Origin: Yuukianura sp. NJ FZ-2021
Taxonomy: Eukaryota
Length of the DNA: 64,000 nucleotides
Reading direction: 5' to 3'
Assembly: GCA_046563655.1 (NCBI GenBank)
Contig: CM102286.1
Span: 10,478,001-10,542,000 of the forward strand
The translations under genes were made by a program, and so were the position numbers. The notes beneath the pieces are model-generated. The model saw nothing but the letters and a program-made list of their open reading frames with translations, was not told where the DNA came from and did no database searches. Positions 13,835-23,783 of the stretch are shown one piece after another; position 1 is the stretch's first letter; each line of letters begins with the position of its first letter.

Positions 13835-14007
13835 AGCGGGAAAGTGGGGGGAACAGCCCCGCTCCCCCGGAGGGGGGGGGGCGGCAAAGTGGGGGGAGCA
13901 CTCCCACTCCCCCTGGGGGCCGGAAAATGGGGGGAACACCCCCACACCCTGGAGGGCAACCCCTTATTCCTGAGCTATTATCAGTATGCGCGGTTTACAA
14001 CCGGTTT
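13835..14007 (+). mobile_element. 3' fragment of a Helentron-like element, family B
   Basis: Matches the 3' end of the element at about 22250-22418 (GGGCAACCCCTTATT.CTGAGCTATTA.CAGTATGCGCGGTTTACAACCGGTTTATT) and abuts a family A 5' end directly. Confidence 0.7.
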
Positions 14008-14294
14008 ATTAAATAGCGAAAGCTATTTAATAATCTGATTCATGTCTGTCTGCCTGTCTGTCTGTCTGTCCACCTCAATTATCTCAGAAACTACTGGACG
14101 GATTTGATTCCGGTTTTCTCCTATCAACACCTCATGACCCCAACCTGGTCACTATTGAATATTATCCCGGTAGGTCAACTCCTTCCGGGTCAAAGGTCAA
14201 GGTCAACCGGTTTTATCCACGGTAACCCGCAAAATGACCTCTACAAAAGTTGTTCATCTCGTCGAGACCAACAACTTTTATTTACATCACATGA

Positions 14295-14666
14295 TGTTGC
14301 GATATGTCGCAAAACGATCAGTTAGGGAGAGCAATTGAATTGATTTTATGACTTTGATTTTATTAATTACTAATTTAAACTTAATCGTGAGAAGTTGCGA
14401 ATTGAAAAAGTGCGAAGTTAAAATCTGACTTAATGAATGAATTGAAGTGTAAGTAAAGACTATGACTTGTATTCCTATACTAATGCTATTCTGTTCTTAG
14501 ACTATATCGATGTTGTGTTGATTTTTCCTTTTTTTACCGTTGAGACGCTTCCTATAGCTTAAGGATAAAAGTCAACGCTAACCCTATCCTAAGGCTAAAA
14601 GTAGACGCTATTCTAAAGTCTATGTTTTTGGTATTTCAAAAAATGTACAAAGGAAAAGCCACAACA
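14295..14666 (-). repeat. 3' LTR
   Basis: Direct repeat of 20493-20864 with no mismatch seen by eye. Preceded on the minus strand by the PPT-like TTTGGGGCCCGGCA. Confidence 0.97.
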
Positions 14667-15171
14667 TGCCGGGCCCCAAATTAGACCTGAGTCTAATTTT
14701 GCAATTAATGAAAATGAAAATGAAAAAGCGACATGAACTTCAGATCTTTGCAGGGAATGTTGTGAAATAAAGGGCCCTTCAACATCGGTGGCTGAGGGGT
14801 GGACTAAGTCCCTCTCCTGCTGGAGCTGACAGGATTTGCCGTTTGCATGACCTTGTTGAAAGGTGACAGACAGCAGGAGAAATGTAGGGCATCGATCTGA
14901 GATGCATGACGATTGCACTTTTAAGTGCTGAATTGAATTTTAAAGTGAAAATAGGCTCTGCATGTTGCGTTTTCCGCTAACCTATGAAAAGTAAACTAAA
15001 TTAAAAATTGTTTTGAAAATTGAATGCTAAAAAATTAAAGTTAAAGTGTGAGTTGAAAATTGAGAAAATTGAAAATTGTAACTACTCTAAAATTAATGTT
15101 TGATTAAAATTAAAGTTAAAGTACAGTTAATTGGGATACAAACTTGGTACAAATGGTGATTTGAGGATTGA

Positions 15172-18100
15172 CTATTGAGTTGACTTGCGTTTCATGCGGT
15201 AAATGGCAGGATCATCATTGTTTTGATCTTCTGCTGGCAACAGTACGCAGACTTTGGAGACAGGACGTTTGACAGAACCTTTGTTCGTCTTCAGTTTCAC
15301 GACACGAACAAGTCCGTCTTGACCAGGATATGTCTCCATGACTCTGCCCATTCGCCATTTCAGTTGTGGAGTGTCATCTTCTTTGATTATGACCAAGTCA
15401 CCGACTGCAATGTTGCGGTTCTGACTTCTCCATTTGTTTTTCTCTTGTAAGGAGTTGATGTACTCCTTGTGCCAACGAGTCCAGAAGTGCTGGACCATTT
15501 GAGTGGTTCTTTGCCACCTGGAGAGTCTGTTCTCCTTTTGATTGGTCAAGTCAGCATCTGGAACAGCACAAAGAGAATTATTAATGAGAAAATGACCTGG
15601 TGTTAATGGTTCCAAATCATTAGGATCTGGTGACAATGGACAAATTGGTCTTGAGTTTAGCACTGCCTCCACCTGACAGAGGACAGTGAATAGCTCTTCT
15701 AATGTGAGCGTTGTAGAACCAATTATGCGACGAAGGTGATACTTGGTGCTTTTTACACCAGCTTCCCAATACCCTCCTTGACTTGGCGCTGAGGGTGGGT
15801 TGAAGTGCCATTGGACACCTTTGTCACCTAAAAAGTCGCAGACTGAAGAATTGAATTTTTGGTTTTGAACTAATTCTCTCAGTTCACGCTCTGCTCCGAC
15901 GAAGTTAGAGCCACAGTCACTGTAAATTGCGACTGGCAATCCTCTCCTGGACACAAAACGTTTGAGAGTGGCAATGAATGCCTCTGTCGTCAAGGCTGTG
16001 ACTGCCTCTAGGTGAACTGCCTTGGTGGAAAAACAAACAAAAATGCAAAAATACCCATTAAAGTGTTTTTTACCACGGCCGGTCACTTCCTGTAGAATGA
16101 ATGGGCCAGCAAAGTCCACGCCTGCGTGTGTGAACGGAGGTGATGGAGTTGTTCTGCCCTTTGGTAGTTGACCCATGAGTTGCTCTGTGACCTTGACCTT
16201 GAGTTTTTTGCACGTCATGCAAAGTCGTCGAATTTGGCGGATGATGACTCTGGCCTTCAGGAACCAGTACTCAGTCTGCAAATTGGACCAGAGCAACTGA
16301 TATCCAGCATGATGGAGGTGGTGATGTGTGTTTCTGATGATGAGAATCGCCAGTAGATTTTTTCCATTCAGAATAATTTGATGTTTTTGCGATTCTGGGA
16401 GTGACGAATTGCCAAGTCTCCCTCCAATGCGCAGAATTCCATGCCTGTCTAGAAATGGGGATAGAGCAACCAACTTTGATTCGTTAGAAACTTTACCCTT
16501 GACCTTGAGGTCATCCAAATCCTGTTGAAAATCCTGTTGTTGTGCCAATTTGACCAAAGTTGTAACTGCACATGCCCGTTCCTCCACTGTCAGAGGACCA
16601 TTGACAGTTAAAACTTTTGGATGGCAGTGACCTGTATGAACTTTTAAGTTATTGACAAACCTTTTGACATAGCACATTACATGAATCAGTTTGTTCAAAT
16701 TTGAGTATTTTGACAAAATTGAGTAGTCACTTACGACCTTTGAGGTCAAAACCTTGCGTACCTCTGGAATTTGACCTACGTCTGGTGTTTCAAACGTAGT
16801 AATTCCATGTTCTTGAAGAAACGAAGGTCCGTGCCACCATAAGTCGCAGTTCAGAAGTTCCGTTGAGGTCATCCCTCGAGTGCCACAGTCAGCAGGATTT
16901 TGTAATCCTGGGATGAACTTCCACGACTTGGCTGGAATCTTCTCCTGAATGGCTGAGACTCGGTTGGCAACAAATGTTTTTAATTGGCGTGACTGTAGGC
17001 GGAGCCATTTCAGCACAATTTCGCTGTCAGACCAGGCAGTGACTTGTGCATTGATTTGTGTTGACTCCAAAATTGACATGACGAGTTTTGATACAAGATG
17101 AGCTCCACAAAGTTCCAACTTGGGGAGACTCTGTTGCTTAATTGGAGCGACCTTGGTTTTGGCTGCAATTAGGTTGACTGCGATGGAATTCTGAAAAAAT
17201 ACTCTCAAAAAAACTGCACCACAGTAAGCACTTTCAGATGCATCCGAAAATGCATGAATTTCCATTTTTAAGTTTCCCGCGGGTTTAATGCACCGAGGAA
17301 TTTTGACCTGACAAATGTTTACCATGTGACCTTGGTGCTGTACCCATCGTTCCTGAAGTTCGGCTGGCAACTCGTCGTCCTATTGTAGGCGCTTAGAGTC
17401 AACTGCCTCCAGCCAAAGCTTCTGTAAGAAGATTTTTGCCACGATGGTCAATGGCGCCAAAAATCCCAACGGGTCAAAAACCCTGGAAATTTCTGCCAAA
17501 ACTGTCCGTTTTGTGATTCTGGACATGACCTTGGGCTCATATCCTGAGAAATGGAACATGTCAGTCCTTGAGTCCCAAGACACCCCTAAAGCTTTGGAAT
17601 CATTTTGTGAATTGGAATCAATGTTAGGGTTAACTTCACATAATTTCTCAGGAATTGATTTTAACACAGAAGTTGAGTTGGAATCAATCTTACAGATTTC
17701 CAACTTTGCACAACTTACTAATGCTGTCAATTCCTGACGAAGTTTGATGGTTTCTGCCTCTGTCTCACTTCCCCCCATAAAGTCGTCAACATAGAAGTTG
17801 TTGAGAAGGGCGTGTTTAGCCAGTGGAAATTTGTCCCCGTCATCAATGGCTAGTTGACGGAGGCATCTGACCGCGGAGAACGGAGCTGAGGCTGTACCAT
17901 AGGTGATTGTCTTCAACCTAAATTCCTGAATTGGGTCAAGGTGAGACTTTCGCCACAAAATCGATTGTAAACATTGATCATTTTTATGTACCAAGAATTG
18001 TCGGTACATTTTGGTTACATCACCCTTTAGTGCAATTGGGTACTTACGAAACTGAAGGAGTAAGGAAAAAATGTCTCCTTGTACCGTTGGACCCACTTGA

Positions 18101-20352
18101 AGGCATTGGTTAAGTGAAATGTCACTTGATGTTTTTGCGGAGCCATCAAAAACGACTCGAAGTTTGGTGGTGGTGCTGGACTCCTTGAGAACAAAGTGGT
18201 GCGGAAGGTAGACGACCTTTGACCCGGATGGAAGTTGCATGTCTGTCACTACTTCCATATGACCCAATTTTTGGTACTCATCCATGAACTTGATGTAGTC
18301 AGGATGATGGACCGGGTTGAGTCGTAGCCTCTTTTCCACTTGTTGGAGTCTGCGCAGTGCGATGTCGCGGCTGTCACCTAATTTGGAAATGTTTTCATTA
18401 AGTGGCAACCTTACGACGTACCTTCCCTCCTCATTTCGAGTGTGCGTAGCGACGAAATGGTCCTCGCAAAATTGCTCCTCGATAGTGTAGTTTGATCGCT
18501 TTGGTAGTTCCTCCAGTTCCCAGAATTTCTGTAAAATGTTAACACTGGCATGGTTGACGTGAACTGTAGGTTGACTGCTTGTACCCGTCGGCCCTGATAT
18601 GATCCAACCAAATGTTGTCTACTGTGCAATTGGAGTCTGAGGCGGACCAATGATTTTGCCACTGAGTGTGATTGATGCTGCGAACTCAGCTCCGAGAATT
18701 ATGTCGACATCTCTCGGATTGGTGAAATTGGGATCTGCCAATTGTACCTGCATGAGGTGAGTCCACTTCTGCGAGTTGACTCTGAATGATGGCAAGAAAC
18801 CTGTGACTTTTTGCAAAATTAGTGCATTAACTTGAATTTTAAAATTGGAAATGCGTGAGCACAGGTCAAATGTGACTTGACCGAGTGCCTTCCCAGCATT
18901 GGAACCTGAAATTCCTACAATGTTTACATTAGACTTCTTACGTGCAAGTCCGAGTTTCGTCACACAGCGGTCGGAGATGAAGTTAGATTCTGATCCCTGA
19001 TCCAATAGGATACGACATTCTTGGAATTCGCCTGCTGCATCGATCAGTTTGACAACGGCGGTACTTAACAGTACTTTGGAAGTGGAGCAATGATTTGCTA
19101 ATGTTGGAGTCTCTTCATCAATTTGTTGCGACGTAGAGTGAGCTTCAGCCGTGTCAAAATGAAGTAAAGTGTTATGTGGCTCTTGGCACGTCCGACATCT
19201 GTACTTGGACTGGCACTTTCCTACATTATGCTTGGAACTGAGACAGTTAGTACACAAATTTTTTTTCTTGACAAAACTAAATCTGTCTTTCACTGTTAAC
19301 TGTAACCATTTCTCACATTTGAACAAACCATGTTCACCTTGGCACTGTGGACAAGTGAACTTGTGTTTTTGTTCAGTGGGCTTACTGTCTGTGAAGCTGG
19401 AATGAGCCTTACTTTGGCCAGAAGATCCGGAAGACGAAGATGCTGAATTTGATTTTAGTCCCCGGATGTAGTTTTCCAGAAATTCCTTTGTTTCGGAGAA
19501 TTTCGGAACCTCTGAGCCCTTTAGTTGCTTAGTCCAGTCACGACGGCAGTCTGGATCCATCTTTTCCTTGAGAAGATAAACGATGATTGAATCCCAATGT
19601 TCTGTTGGTTCGTTGAGGGTCTCTAACTGTGTGAGAGATTCCTTGAAACAATCGATCAATTTCCTTAACTGAGTGGAATTTTCTTGTTTCAGTTTTGGAA
19701 AGTTGACCAATTTCTCAATTAGTGTGAAAATGAGTTCTCTTCTGTTATGATAACGTTCTTCCATCAGCTGCCATGCTCCTTGGAAGTTGTCATCAGTGAT
19801 GGGAGTGCCCTTGATGACAGTAGCTGCTTCACCCTTCAGAGAGGAGTGAAGATACCAAAATTTCACACTGTTCGGTAAGGTAGTGTTGTTGATGATGGTA
19901 CTGCGAAATAAATCGCGAAAAGTCAGCCAATCTTCATACTTTCCGTCGAAAGTTGGTAAGGACATCTTCGGAAAGTAAGAATGGACATTGTGGTGATGTG
20001 ACTGTGCAGAAGTTGAAGGAACTGATGGACCTTGTACTGATACTGGAGTTTGTACTGGCTGAATCATGATCAGCTTTTCGTTGATAGTGCCAATCATGGT
20101 GACAAATTCTATGTACGTCTTTGAATGATCTTCAATATCTTCATCGTTTGTCGTGGCGATGATGATCTTGTTGTGTAGTGTGTCGAGGTCATTCCTGACT
20201 CTGATCAGTTCCCGTTCTGCAGTTTTGACTGTTAGATTTGGTGTCTCTTCATTGTATAGTGCGATGACCCTGTTGTGCATAAGGATCTGTTGGCCCAAAC
20301 TTTGACGTAACTTGAGAAGATCAGCCAATGTTGTTTTTGTTCCTGCTGCCAT
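15172..20352 (-). pseudogene. BEL/Pao gag-pol polyprotein interrupted by two in-frame TAG codons (18619-18621, 17380-17382)
   Basis: Gag (LPTFDGKYEDWLTFRDLF, three CCHC knuckles), protease LLDQGS, RT (YLPHH, KLRVVFDGS, FYVDD), Pao RNase H (HAFSDASE, NPADCGTRG) and integrase (GVDFAGP, SDCGSNF, GGYWE). All three ORF pieces share one frame: PIAQ*TTFGW and LQ*DDEL. Confidence 0.92.
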
Positions 20353-20469
20353 GCTGTCAGTCTCAGAAAACAACAATTAACCAAACTGTAATGTTAGTGG
20401 ATGATTTGACCTTAAACGTTTGTCGTCGGTTGATGCTGACTGTAGTCTTCCGTTGACATCCGCTCAAGG

Positions 20470-20487
20470 TCCCGGCTTTCGGCACCA
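20470..20487 (-). promoter_or_regulatory. Primer-binding site, tRNA-Phe-like
   Basis: The minus strand reads TGGTGCCGAAAGCCGGGA 5 nt after the 5' LTR. This is complementary (1 mismatch) to the eukaryotic tRNA-Phe 3' end ...UCCCGGGUUUCGGCACCA. Confidence 0.75.
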
Positions 20488-20492
20488 TAAAA

Positions 20493-20864
20493 TGTTGCGA
20501 TATGTCGCAAAACGATCAGTTAGGGAGAGCAATTGAATTGATTTTATGACTTTGATTTTATTAATTACTAATTTAAACTTAATCGTGAGAAGTTGCGAAT
20601 TGAAAAAGTGCGAAGTTAAAATCTGACTTAATGAATGAATTGAAGTGTAAGTAAAGACTATGACTTGTATTCCTATACTAATGCTATTCTGTTCTTAGAC
20701 TATATCGATGTTGTGTTGATTTTTCCTTTTTTTACCGTTGAGACGCTTCCTATAGCTTAAGGATAAAAGTCAACGCTAACCCTATCCTAAGGCTAAAAGT
20801 AGACGCTATTCTAAAGTCTATGTTTTTGGTATTTCAAAAAATGTACAAAGGAAAAGCCACAACA
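20493..20864 (-). repeat. 5' LTR
   Basis: Direct repeat of 14295-14666, followed on the minus strand by the PBS. Confidence 0.97.
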
Positions 20865-21249
20865 CATGACCCCAAGTGACCTAGTTCCGGGTCAAAAGTC
20901 AACTTTTTTTCATATTAACGTCCTGCTAGCTGGGAAGCGGAAGGAACCCACCCCACAGCGCCGGGTGATCCACCGTCACCCCCGGGTGACCCACCGTCAC
21001 ACACCCCGGGTGACCCACACTCACACCACTGGGTGAGCCCACGCCCCTCCCCCGGGGAACACACCCCAACGCCTCCTGGGGTGCGGAGCTAAAAAGTAAG
21101 GGGAACCCATCCCTACGCCCCCTGGGGTGCGGAGCAAAAAAGTGGGGGGAAGCCATCCCCACGCCCCGGGGTAACCCCACATTCCCCACCTGGGGGGAAA
21201 CCGCCTTTTGGCTTGAGCTATTTCGTTATGCGCGGTTTACAACCGGTTT

Positions 21250-22418
21250 ATTATAATAGCGAAGCTATTATGATAAAAGTGGTTTGTCTGTCCGTCCCTC
21301 TGTCCCTCTGTCCGTCCGTCCGTCCGTCCGGACCATGAACCTCGGAAACTACTGGTCCGATTTGATTCCGGTTTTCACCAGTGACTATGTCATGACCCGG
21401 GCTTGGTCACTATTGAATATGACCCCTGGGCGTCAACTCCTTCCGGGTCAAAGGTCAACCGGTTTTATCCCCGGTAACATGCAAAATGACCTCTACAAAA
21501 GTTGTTCATCTCATCGAGGGGAACAACTTTTGTGTGTAATCTGTGACCCTAGGTCACCTGCTTCCGGGTCAAAATCGATTTCAAAAGTCATTTTTAATGC
21601 AAGTGTGGGTAAAAAAAACTCTGCTTGTGAGACTGGAAAGGCAATTGGCATGGGAGTTGGTTCTCTGCTTAGCAAAAAATCTATTACGCAGTTGACATAT
21701 ACACGTGTCCAGACAGAGTCACCTATTCATTCGTTCTGTTGTTGCTTCATCCGAATCCCACCTCTCTGTCCACATCTTTGTTTGATGTCACTGCGACACC
21801 CCATGTGGGTTAAGGAAGTGGGGGAAACACCCCCTCTCCCCCGTGGAACCCACCCCCTCTCCTCCCGGGGAACCACCCCTCTTCCCTGGGGGAACCACCC
21901 CCTCTCCCCCGGGGAACCACCCGTTCTTCCCCGAGGAACTCACCCCTCTCCCCTGGGGCACACACCCCCTCTCCCCCGGCGCACACACCCCCTCTCCCCG
22001 GCGCACACACCCCCTCTCCCCTGGGGCACACCCCCCCTCTCCCCCGGGGAACACACCCCCGCGCTTCCTGGGGTGCGGAGCAAAAAAACGGGGGAACACC
22101 CCCACTCCCCCCAGAGGGACGGGAAACTGGCGGAACACACCCCCGCGCTTTCTGGGGTGCGGAGCAAAAAAGTGGGGGAAACACCCCCACTCCCCCGAGG
22201 AGGGCGGAAAAGTGGGGGAAGACACCCACTGCCCCTGGGGGGGCGGAAAATTGGGTGGTAACACCCTTACTCCCCCGGGGGGCAGGCGTCAAAGTGGGGG
22301 GAACACACCCCCACTCCCCCGGGGGGGGGGCGGAAAGTGGGGGAACACCCCCACCCCCTGGGGGGCAACCCCTTATTTCTGAGCTATTACCAGTATGCGC
22401 GGTTTACAACCGGTTTAT
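21250..22418 (+). mobile_element. Helentron-like element family B, head-to-tail with family A
   Basis: 5' hairpin TTATAATAGC-GAA-GCTATTATGATAA, (GTCC)n microsatellite, a core homologous to family A (GCAAAATGACCTCTACAAAAGTTGTTCATCTC), C/G-rich tandem units of about 21 bp at 21830-22370, and the same 3' end TATGCGCGGTTTACAACCGGTTT. Confidence 0.75.
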
Positions 22419-22524
22419 TTATTGTTGCAAACCTAAATTGACAACAGCATTACTCTCAGCTTTTCTGAAAATCAAAAGCGGGAATTAGATTTCCACCGTC
22501 CAGTCCCTGCAAGAGACGTGTTTC

Positions 22525-23450
22525 AAACAAGGTAGGGCGATGCTCAAGGGTTGAGCATAGGTCTTCTGGAGGGAGGTGACATTTAGACCGGCCTACCGCA
22601 AAACTGTGGACGAACTGAAAAACCGTTTTCATGGAATTGAAGCTCTAAAACGTCGCTAAAAATTTTCAGTGCGAATGTAAGATCGTATTTTGTGCATGAG
22701 TTGCACCAAAATTGTCTTAGCAATTTTACCAATTGAACCAAAATCATGTTAAAGGTTTGAGGCCCAAAATATCTGCACTGAATTGATGTGAATTTGTTGT
22801 GTACAAAATGCACAAGATTGAACGTTTTGGAGAAGGGGTCGAGTATCGTTCTTGATTGATGTTCTTAATTTGTTGAGGAAGATGCACCTAATGTATTGTC
22901 CGTGTTGGTATGGCAATACTCAATGTAGTTCTCAAACCTGCACAAACCTTCAATTGTGTGCGTCATGCACAAAATTGTACGTTGTTGGGTAAGGGTCGAA
23001 TATCGTTTCTTTAAAATCAAAATCATAAAAATTTCTTGCAAATGCAAATGTAAACCCTGCCATGTACTGTTTACATATTACGAATTTAACTCGGCATTTG
23101 TAACATCTAATCACGCTTAATTTAACAACGTAATTATACTAACTGTCAGAAAATGACCAGATCAAAAATTCGTTGTTTAAAAATATTTTGAGTGCAATCG
23201 AAACCAAAAAATTTCGGCGAGGGATACAGCGGTTACGTAGAAAAGCCAACTTTTACGTTGTTAATTTAACACTTTGAGTGCAATGTAGACCTACTGAAAA
23301 CTCCTGAGCCATACATAACCCCCCGAACAGAATGGGGCTTATGTTTTAGTGCAAAGAGTCCTGAACAATGTGACAGACAGACAGGGACAAAGTCGTAACA
23401 ATAGTGTTCTTCAGCATGTCGTTGACATGCGTCTCCAAAAGACTAAAAAA
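22525..23450 (-). mobile_element. Third Helentron-like element (family C), minus strand
   Basis: Minus-strand 5' end TTTTTTAGTCTTTTGGAG, hairpin GCATGTC-AAC-GACATGC and short (CTGT)n at about 23373-23385. Inverted sub-terminal copy GTCTTCTGGAG at 22561-22571 (10/11 match), followed by hairpin ATGCTCAA-GGG-TTGAGCAT (22540-22558) and a T-rich end. Confidence 0.6.
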
Positions 23451-23783
23451 TGAAAAAAATATAACATTTGTAGCATTTCTGTTTACGATGAAATTCTTAA
23501 CTCAGCCGCTACAAATTTCAGGCAACAATGTAATTACATGCAACGATGATTACACATGGCGGTCGGCTCTGAATTCCATTGGAGTTTTTGGTAATTAACG
23601 AATTAATACAACGAACTAATTAATTAACGAATTAATATAGTTAACGAAATTAGGATCAGAACATAGTTACGTAGACTTCACACACTTTCAGAGCACAGCA
23701 AAGGTCTCAGTTGCGTGTATCGGGTTTAATCCCGTTGCCGATTTTAATTACGCCTTTAACAGGCAACGTTGATTAGATTGCAT

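Larger units (their letters stand above)
14295..20864 (-). mobile_element. Full-length BEL/Pao LTR retrotransposon
   Basis: 372-bp TG...CA LTRs at 14295-14666 and 20493-20864. 5-bp TSD CATGA at 14290-14294 and 20865-20869. PBS and PPT present. Gag-PR-RT-RH-IN order with BEL/Pao-specific motifs. Confidence 0.97.
14007..21250 (+). mobile_element. Helentron-like element family A, split by the BEL/Pao insertion (halves 14007-14294 and 20865-21250)
   Basis: The two halves joined at CATGA reproduce the intact copy at 6545-7321. Confidence 0.8.

Noticed and set aside
14613..15171. Possible env-like ORF between the integrase and the 3' LTR
   Set aside because: Only a 101-codon ORF running into the LTR, with no signal peptide/TM architecture; likely 3' UTR.
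21284..22488. Pro/Gly-rich ORFs (also at 6904-7403, 13829-14038 and 20926-21189)
   Set aside because: They arise from GC-rich repeats within Helentron-like elements, which stay open in many frames on both strands.
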